From positions 1 through 64,000 of IMG/VR virus record IMGVR_UViG_3300032285_003899: 64,000 nt of DNA. One strand, written 5' to 3'. Position numbers and translations under genes: made by a program. Every line of letters begins with the position of its first letter. Position 1 is the stretch's first letter. Under the pieces are notes generated by a model that did no database searches, had not been told where the DNA came from, and saw nothing but the letters and a program-made list of their open reading frames with translations. Below, in pieces: positions 57,733 to 64,000 of this stretch. The DNA is from a virus (Duplodnaviria > Caudoviricetes).

Positions 57733-58138
57733 ATCTAAAGGATTTACTCTTATAGAGGTAGTATTGGCGACAGTGATATTATTATCATTGATCGCCGCTA
57801 TTGTTATTAACTTTGACTCTTTTAACGCTAACAGATATCAGGAAGCTAGAGAGAATTTAAAAACCTTTCTAATAAATAAGCGTCATCAAGCATCATATCA
57901 TCAAAAACAATCTGAGCTATCTTTTTCTGAAGATTATATTATAAATTCTATAGAAAATCCTGATGAACTTGCGGCGATTACTAACGATTTAAAAATAATA
58001 GAAACATCTGCAACAAAAATAATCTTTTTCCTTGACGGTACAATAGAAGAAAGCTACATTGTCACCAGTTCAAATGATGGAAAAGTAACTAATACTTTTC
58101 GTATTAACGTCATTGGAAAAATAGACTACGATAAATAA
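57722..58138 (+). CDS. prepilin-type N-methylation domain protein (pilin/pseudopilin-like)
   Basis: KSKG-FTLIEVVLATVILLSLIAAIV class III signal with Glu at +5. Confidence 0.85.
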   Translation: MVGKSKGFTLIEVVLATVILLSLIAAIVINFDSFNANRYQEARENLKTFLINKRHQASYHQKQSELSFSEDYIINSIENPDELAAITNDLKIIETSATKIIFFLDGTIEESYIVTSSNDGKVTNTFRINVIGKIDYDK

Positions 58139-58141
58139 TTT

Positions 58142-58720
58142 ATGTTAAAGATTAAAATCTGGATGCGTGGAACTTTCGAGTACAGCCAAGACACCATTTC
58201 CGGTCCAACCGAAGATCAAACTCAAGAGCAATTTGAAGAATCATTCATTGAAAGTGATGAATGTTATTGGGGAGGAGAAGTTTATGAAACGTGTCCATAC
58301 TTTGATGAACACGGCTGCGATTCTATAGACGTTTATCTTGGAGGCGATAACCATATTAGAAACCAAGAAGAACCAATTTTTACAACCTCAGATTGGACTC
58401 AATTTAAATTTGAAGAAGGTGGTGGCTGCAATTATGTTCCCCAAGCTCCAGATAAAGTTGGCGAAGTAAATATTTGGTGGTCTCATGATATGAAATTCAA
58501 TCATATTTATTATTGGGAGAATGTTACAGGATTTGATCCTAAAAAGATTACAATCCAATACGGAACGAATCAAAAAGATCAAAGATATCTTGAAGAGATT
58601 TATTACGATGGCGAACCCCCTGATGATTACCATGATCATGGCGATACGGGCTATGGATATAATGGCCCAGAATTTATTTATCATCCAGATCAGAAATTTG
58701 CAGAAAACGATGAAGAATAG
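58142..58720 (+). CDS. acidic hypothetical protein
   Basis: ORF. Confidence 0.6.
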   Translation: MLKIKIWMRGTFEYSQDTISGPTEDQTQEQFEESFIESDECYWGGEVYETCPYFDEHGCDSIDVYLGGDNHIRNQEEPIFTTSDWTQFKFEEGGGCNYVPQAPDKVGEVNIWWSHDMKFNHIYYWENVTGFDPKKITIQYGTNQKDQRYLEEIYYDGEPPDDYHDHGDTGYGYNGPEFIYHPDQKFAENDEE

Positions 58721-58729
58721 TCTATAATT

Positions 58730-59095
58730 ATGAGTATGAAATTTACTCGTAAGGGATTCTTCAAATCTATATTCGGTGGCGTTTTAACGGCAGTTGCTGC
58801 GCCTTCTCTTCTCAAAGCAGAAGAAAAACCACAAACAAAAGTAGAATCTTATCCTTTAGCTGTTGATACAAATGCTAATCTTGGATTAGGAACTTCATGC
58901 CCGAATATTCCATTGGTGGTATCTAGCTTAATTTTTCAAGTCGGCGAAAGACAAATGCTAATGGCAGGAGATAAAAACGGTGACTTCAAAATTAGTTGGT
59001 TAGATGTCAAGGAAAATGAATCCAATACTACTATTGTAATTAGTAAACCAACAACCAATCCTTTTAAGACGCATTTTAAAAATGACATTCGATAG
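58730..59095 (+). CDS. exported protein with Tat-like signal
   Basis: TRKGFFK + hydrophobic region + LKA-EE. Confidence 0.5.
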   Translation: MSMKFTRKGFFKSIFGGVLTAVAAPSLLKAEEKPQTKVESYPLAVDTNANLGLGTSCPNIPLVVSSLIFQVGERQMLMAGDKNGDFKISWLDVKENESNTTIVISKPTTNPFKTHFKNDIR

Positions 59096-59852
59096 TCACA
59101 AAAAGAAAATAGTAATACTTTCTGATCTTCACAATAATATTGAGAAATTCAATAAGATTATTCAACACGAATCGGCAGACATAAACATTTGTCTTGGCGA
59201 TTGGTTTGATAGTTTTGTTTTGGACGAGAACGATGATTATAAAAAGACCGCTGATTATTTGATGCGATATCTATCTGCGCCAAATAATTATACTCTTTTT
59301 GGCAATCATGATTTGCATTATCTATTTAATAATCATTATACGATGTGTAGCGGTTATGAAGATAGAAAGTATTTTGCTATTGATGAAATGTTAGGATCTG
59401 AACGCAAAAACATCATTAACAAATTTAAATGGCGTTTTTGGGTTGATGGTATCCTTTGTACTCATGCAGGATTATTTCCTGACTATATAGATCCATCTGT
59501 TAAAAATAACGATGATTTAAGTTTATTTCTTGTGAAAGAAGTGGAACGCGCAAATATCGCTTTAATGACAGATCAAAATCATTGGTTTTATTATGCTGGT
59601 CGTAGTCGAGGTGGTCCTAAGAAGGGCGGAGGAATTGTCTGGTTAGATTTTAAACAAGAGTTTCAGCCTATTGAAGGATTAAAACAAATTGTTGGTCACA
59701 CTTATCATAAAAATGGTAGAGTTAATCCTCATCATTTAGATGGCAACGTGAATCCCGCAGACTGCGACAATCTTTGTATTGACAATGGATTAAACGAGTA
59801 TATAGTAATCAGCAACGGTAAGTTAGAAATTAAGAAATTTTTAGATATATGA
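59082..59852 (+). CDS. calcineurin-like metallophosphoesterase
   Basis: SDLH, LGDWFD, GNHD, THAG, GH. Confidence 0.9.
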   Translation: MTFDSHKKKIVILSDLHNNIEKFNKIIQHESADINICLGDWFDSFVLDENDDYKKTADYLMRYLSAPNNYTLFGNHDLHYLFNNHYTMCSGYEDRKYFAIDEMLGSERKNIINKFKWRFWVDGILCTHAGLFPDYIDPSVKNNDDLSLFLVKEVERANIALMTDQNHWFYYAGRSRGGPKKGGGIVWLDFKQEFQPIEGLKQIVGHTYHKNGRVNPHHLDGNVNPADCDNLCIDNGLNEYIVISNGKLEIKKFLDI

Positions 59853-60487
59853 TCAACGATAAAAATGATAATAAAGTCCAGTTGATTGGCTATTATGGCA
59901 GCGACCAAGTTCACGCTTGTTCTGCTTGGACTTCTACAAGTCGAGATTTAAACGAAGACAAAGTAGCTAGAATCCCTAAGCTTCTTAAGATGCTTGCTGA
60001 TGCGGGGCATCATACTCCATTTGAGAAATCCTCTCTTCACTTTTTAGTTGACACTGATATTGCTAGTCACGTTCATCTTCTAAAACATAGGGTTGGCGTT
60101 TGTATTAATGGCGAGTCTGCTCGTTACAAAGAAATCAAAGAAGATAAATATTTGATTCCTAGTGACTGGCCCGAAGATTGGCAGCTTGCTCTTGCTAATT
60201 ACACAGAAGAAGGCAATAGGCTTTATCACCAGTGCATTAAGAGTCTATGCGATAGAGGCTTTGATAGAAAGCGAGTGAAAGAATCTGCTCGTTTCTTTAA
60301 GAATTATAATTCTCAAATTCAAGCTGACGTAATGTTTAACTGGCGATCTTTCAATCATTTCTTGAGCTTGCGTAATAAGCCTGACGCTCAGAAAGAGATT
60401 AGAGAAATTGCCGCCGAGATGTTGCGTCTAGTAAAGAATATTGAAGGTAATCCTTTTGAGCATACAATCGCCGCATTCGAACTATGA
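59849..60487 (+). CDS. thyX: FAD-dependent thymidylate synthase
   Basis: GHHTPFE, HLLKHR...NGESARY, N.RSF.HF..LR, AQ.EIR..A. Confidence 0.88.
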   Translation: MINDKNDNKVQLIGYYGSDQVHACSAWTSTSRDLNEDKVARIPKLLKMLADAGHHTPFEKSSLHFLVDTDIASHVHLLKHRVGVCINGESARYKEIKEDKYLIPSDWPEDWQLALANYTEEGNRLYHQCIKSLCDRGFDRKRVKESARFFKNYNSQIQADVMFNWRSFNHFLSLRNKPDAQKEIREIAAEMLRLVKNIEGNPFEHTIAAFEL

Positions 60488-60867
60488 TTACTGATTATAA
60501 TTTATTCTTAGATGATGTAAGGATTCCAACTCATGTTACATGGGTTGAGATTCCAGCTAATCAACATTATTCTGTTGTACGAAACTACAAGGAATTTGTA
60601 GATTTGATCACTTTAAGAGGTTTGCCAAAATTTGTTTGCTATGATCACGATCTAGCAGATTGTCATTATGGTCATGGATTAAATAATGACGCTATTCCTT
60701 ATGATATATATGGCAAAGAAAGAACTGGCTATCATTGTGCTATGTGGTTGGTTAATTACTGCATTGAAAAAAATATTAAACACCCACCATATATTGTGCA
60801 TAGTTTAAATCCGGTTGGTAAAAAGAATATTGAATCTTATATAGACAGTTATAATAAAACATTATGA
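60484..60867 (+). CDS. stand-alone receiver-like domain (cyclic-phosphate-processing receiver type)
   Basis: LFLDD.R.P, VRNY.EF, DHDL, TGY.CA.WL, HS.NPVG. Confidence 0.75.
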   Translation: MITDYNLFLDDVRIPTHVTWVEIPANQHYSVVRNYKEFVDLITLRGLPKFVCYDHDLADCHYGHGLNNDAIPYDIYGKERTGYHCAMWLVNYCIEKNIKHPPYIVHSLNPVGKKNIESYIDSYNKTL

Positions 60868-61220
60868 ATAATAAATTACATATCGTCCCTAAAGGTTGGG
60901 GATTTGAAAAATGGATTGTCAACAATGAAAAATATTGTGGTAAAATACTTTATATTATTAAGGATCGTAAGTGTAGTTGGCATTATCATAAAATTAAAGA
61001 TGAAACTTTTTATGTTCAAAGTGGAAAAATAATTCTTTATTTTAGTGATATTCCTAAAGATTCAGAAAAAGCGAACAAGGTTATTCTTGGACCGGGAGAT
61101 CATTATCACATTCCAGTGGGATTGATTCATCAGATGTATGCGTTGGAAGATACTGAACTATTTGAGTTTAGCACACAACACTTTGATGATGATAGTTACA
61201 GACTAGAAAAGGGAGATTAA
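60864..61220 (+). CDS. cupin (mannose-6-phosphate isomerase type II-like)
   Basis: V.KGWG.E.W, CS.HYH..K.ETF, HI..G..H. Confidence 0.8.
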   Translation: MNNKLHIVPKGWGFEKWIVNNEKYCGKILYIIKDRKCSWHYHKIKDETFYVQSGKIILYFSDIPKDSEKANKVILGPGDHYHIPVGLIHQMYALEDTELFEFSTQHFDDDSYRLEKGD

Positions 61221-61222
61221 TT

Positions 61223-61891
61223 ATGTCATATCAAACAGAATTCGATTTCGAAACGCCAGAACAGAAGGAACAGCGTCTTAAAAACTGGCATGATCAAGAA
61301 GCAGAGTTTGACAAACTGTTTGGAGAAGACGATAATTATTATACATATAATAAATATGTAGATAAGTTTATTGATCTTCTGCCTTATCGATTGGGATGGG
61401 GCTTCAAACATAATTGGTGTGAATTACGTTGGTGGGCTAAATGCAAATATCAGAAGTTCCGTTATGGAGTTTCTGACGATGATGTTTTTTCTTTGGAAAC
61501 TAATATTGCTAAATTTATTGTTCCTCGTTTGCAATATCTTAAGAAGGTGGGCAAGATGGGTATTCCAATGAAATTTTTGCCTAGCGACTACACTTCTTTG
61601 TCAGAAGAAGATCAACAAAAAGCAGAAAAAATTGCCGAAAAAGAAATTGATCGCATTATGGATGAAATTATTTTTGCTTTTGATTACATTATTGATCCTG
61701 ATAAATATGTGCCTTTTCCACAGTTGTCAACAAAATGGGATCTTAAAGATAAAAACTACTTCAACAGAGAAAAAACTATTGAAGAAAAACAAGCTTGGGA
61801 TGAATATATGAAGAAATGCGAGCAACACAATGATCGCAAGAAACAAGGTCTATTATTATTCGTAGAACACATGGACATTTTATGGATATGA
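61223..61891 (+). CDS. hypothetical protein
   Basis: Long ORF with phage-typical composition. Confidence 0.7.
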   Translation: MSYQTEFDFETPEQKEQRLKNWHDQEAEFDKLFGEDDNYYTYNKYVDKFIDLLPYRLGWGFKHNWCELRWWAKCKYQKFRYGVSDDDVFSLETNIAKFIVPRLQYLKKVGKMGIPMKFLPSDYTSLSEEDQQKAEKIAEKEIDRIMDEIIFAFDYIIDPDKYVPFPQLSTKWDLKDKNYFNREKTIEEKQAWDEYMKKCEQHNDRKKQGLLLFVEHMDILWI

Positions 61892-62085
61892 AAAAATTTA
61901 CTCCTCAACAAATCAATCTCTTAGTAAAAACTCGCGATGAAATTAGAGATCTGACTAATCGGCAACACAAGCTATATGATGATCTTGTTAAAGAATTAAA
62001 TGTAACAATATATGCTGAAGATTGGTTATTCGACTATATATATAATGAGTGCGGCAGCATAGAAGATTTAGAAAATAGAATGTAA
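61882..62085 (+). CDS. hypothetical protein
   Basis: Coupled ORF. Confidence 0.5.
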   Translation: MDMKKFTPQQINLLVKTRDEIRDLTNRQHKLYDDLVKELNVTIYAEDWLFDYIYNECGSIEDLENRM

Positions 62086-62137
62086 TTGTTTCATTTATAA
62101 AGCATTATACTGTATAGCGTTTTATATAAAAAACTTT

Positions 62138-62323
62138 ATGAATCATCAACCAAATTATTATCTTACTTTAAATCTTCCAAAAGGTTTTAGTCGCGAAGAT
62201 GCTGAAAAAATTCAAAAAGATGTGCTTGACTTCCTTGAAGGAAAGCGTCATTATGGTGCGAAATATGACGGCAAAGCGGGTATAACAGTTAATGTCGTCA
62301 GTGTATCCACAAATCATGATTGA
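62138..62323 (+). CDS. hypothetical protein
   Basis: ORF. Confidence 0.5.
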   Translation: MNHQPNYYLTLNLPKGFSREDAEKIQKDVLDFLEGKRHYGAKYDGKAGITVNVVSVSTNHD

Positions 62324-62486
62324 AAAAGCGATAGAACGTCTTCGTGCGTATAATGATTGGCGTACCGGAAAAGACGAACGAACTATGAACGAAGCCGGTA
62401 TTACTCCAAAACAAGTAACCACAGATATTGAAACTGTCTGCGATGAACTTGAAAAACTGATTTCAATGTATGCAAGTCGTAATTAA
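62316..62486 (+). CDS. hypothetical protein
   Basis: L...N.WR.G motif; ATG 62316 preferred. Confidence 0.55.
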   Translation: MIEKAIERLRAYNDWRTGKDERTMNEAGITPKQVTTDIETVCDELEKLISMYASRN

Positions 62487-62766
62487 TATCCAACAATTTG
62501 GTACTTTTTCTATTAGCAAAGCCGCTATAGAATATATTCAAAAAAATATTAAGCTTAAAAAAGATAAACAAGCTATTGGATGTTATGCGTTCGATAATGA
62601 TCGCGCTAATCCTCTTTTAGTCGAAGCTGTAAAGAAATTAAAAAATGAGGCGCACGGTCCTTATTCGGTATTAAAGATTGTAGAAATACCAGATGATATT
62701 GAATGGCAAATCTTCGCTTCAAACGGAGAAGAGTGGATTGCTGAAAAACATCGTACTTGGCGGTGA
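62470..62766 (+). CDS. hypothetical protein
   Basis: R..P.LVE.V, LKIVEIPDD..W.I....G.EWIAE.HRTW. Confidence 0.7.
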   Translation: MQVVINIQQFGTFSISKAAIEYIQKNIKLKKDKQAIGCYAFDNDRANPLLVEAVKKLKNEAHGPYSVLKIVEIPDDIEWQIFASNGEEWIAEKHRTWR

Positions 62767-63159
62767 ATGAAGCCGCGAATATTGAAGAGAGCGGTTGAAA
62801 CTGCTCATGCTCTATGTCCTACTAATTGGAAGAATGTTAATAATTCTCATGTAGCTTTTCTTGTCAAAAAGAACAAGATAGTAAAAATTGGTTGGAATAG
62901 AAAAAGAACTCATCCTGAAATATCTAAGCATCCGTATCACGATGGATACGTTGGTACTCATGCCGAATTAGATGTTATTTTAAAATCAGGTCTTGAAGAT
63001 CTTAACGATCATTCTATGATCGTACTTAGAGTTGATAGAAAAGGACGACTGGCAAACAGTAAACCGTGTCCCGGTTGTTTGAGTTTGCTGAAGTCTTATA
63101 ATGTCGAAGAAGTTTTTTATTCAGATACTGAAGGTAAAATTGAAAAATTGTCAAATTAA
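62767..63159 (+). CDS. cytidine/deoxycytidylate deaminase-like zinc protein
   Basis: HAE.D.I and SKPC..C zinc ligands. Confidence 0.8.
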   Translation: MKPRILKRAVETAHALCPTNWKNVNNSHVAFLVKKNKIVKIGWNRKRTHPEISKHPYHDGYVGTHAELDVILKSGLEDLNDHSMIVLRVDRKGRLANSKPCPGCLSLLKSYNVEEVFYSDTEGKIEKLSN

Positions 63160-63161
63160 CC

Positions 63162-63189
63162 TTGACTATATCTGAGACTAGAATATCAT
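63162..63189 (+). promoter_or_regulatory. sigma70-like promoter
   Basis: TTGACT-N16-TATCAT, 7 nt before ATG 63197. Confidence 0.55.
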
Positions 63190-63196
63190 AACCGTA

Positions 63197-63433
63197 ATGA
63201 AGAAAGATTTATACATGAAGAATCCTAACGAGAAGATTGTTATTCAAAGTGACGATCTAAAGTATGATGGAAAGAATATTGTTATTCCATCTTATTATGA
63301 TGGCGTTATTTGCGATTATTTAAATCGTGTAGATGTTAAAGGCATGAATGACGCAGATCATCAAGACTATTTAGCATTTCGTAAATTCTTTGAGGACATA
63401 ATGGATTATAAAGCTGATAAAGGGGGTAACTAA
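63197..63433 (+). CDS. hypothetical protein
   Basis: ORF after promoter. Confidence 0.55.
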   Translation: MKKDLYMKNPNEKIVIQSDDLKYDGKNIVIPSYYDGVICDYLNRVDVKGMNDADHQDYLAFRKFFEDIMDYKADKGGN

Positions 63434-63434
63434 G

Positions 63435-64000
63435 ATGGGGATGTACGATAGCATAGAATGCAAATGTTGGTTGCCAATGCCAGATGAACCGAAAGGTTAT
63501 ACTGGCTCGCACGGCTTTCAAACTAAAGATCTTGATTGCGCGTTAGATATTTATATCATCGACGAGAACGGTCAATTATTTATTGAATGCCGCGAAACAG
63601 AATGGGTAGAAGGAGATCCAAATGCCAAAGGCTTTTTAGACAAAGTGGGGCATATAAAAACTAAAAAGACATGGCTTGAATCTGTAAATAAAACTTGCAC
63701 AGTACAATTTTATGATTTTTTTAGCTCAAATAATACTGATTATGATTATTGGGTTGTATATGATGCTGTATTTATTGATGGTAAAATAAAAGATATTAAA
63801 CTAACTACTTTCGAAGCTACCGCAAATGGCGAACGCAAAAAAAAAGACATAGAATTCCATAATAAATTACGAGAATGGGACGAATTTAGAAAAACTCGCC
63901 GTTATAAGTATTTATTGAGTCCATATAATAAGGTTCTTAAATTTATTTGTGATAAAATATACAAATCTTTGTGCTTTTTATCTAGTAGAGTTTGGCGAGT
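63435..64000 (+). CDS. hypothetical protein, 3'-truncated by the window edge
   Basis: MGMYDSIECKCWLP...FQTKDLDC; frame open to the end of the window. Confidence 0.7.
   Translation, partial: MGMYDSIECKCWLPMPDEPKGYTGSHGFQTKDLDCALDIYIIDENGQLFIECRETEWVEGDPNAKGFLDKVGHIKTKKTWLESVNKTCTVQFYDFFSSNNTDYDYWVVYDAVFIDGKIKDIKLTTFEATANGERKKKDIEFHNKLREWDEFRKTRRYKYLLSPYNKVLKFICDKIYKSLCFLSSRVWR

Overview
A 64-kb, gene-dense, AT-rich segment of a large lytic dsDNA bacteriophage (jumbo-phage type), read in standard code 11. Essentially all real genes are on the + strand; the one exception is a minus-strand endonuclease next to tRNA-Gly. In order: (1-13.9 kb) a nucleotide-sugar, glycosyltransferase and methyltransferase cluster (rfbB, rfbA, rfbH-like, fcl, gmd, GT2/GT11/GT17/GT47-like); a class II ribonucleotide reductase; a histone-H1-like protein; a block of probable head proteins sharing an N-terminal motif; a replication block (RecA-like, DnaB, DnaG, PD-(D/E)XK nuclease, and a DnaE polymerase split into PHP, exonuclease and catalytic genes); a ClpA/C ATPase; a tubulin/FtsZ homologue; a putative SSB; dUTPase; tRNA-Ser and tRNA-Gln; a late, lysis-like membrane block containing a translationally coupled outer-membrane barrel / sensor adenylate cyclase / HD-hydrolase cassette; HNH, dCMP deaminase, UvsE, tRNA-Gly, rIIA/rIIB, a DNA methylase, a pilin-like gene, ThyX and many small hypotheticals. 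Two regulatory grammars are visible directly in the DNA: sigma70-like promoters with mostly 16-bp spacers ending 6-9 nt before start codons, and a GTGTAA motif 14-16 nt upstream of start codons of structural and lysis-like genes. The best candidate for an undescribed system is the phage-encoded trans-envelope cAMP signalling cassette at 41743-44605. All family assignments come from motif recognition by eye; no database or HMM search was run.
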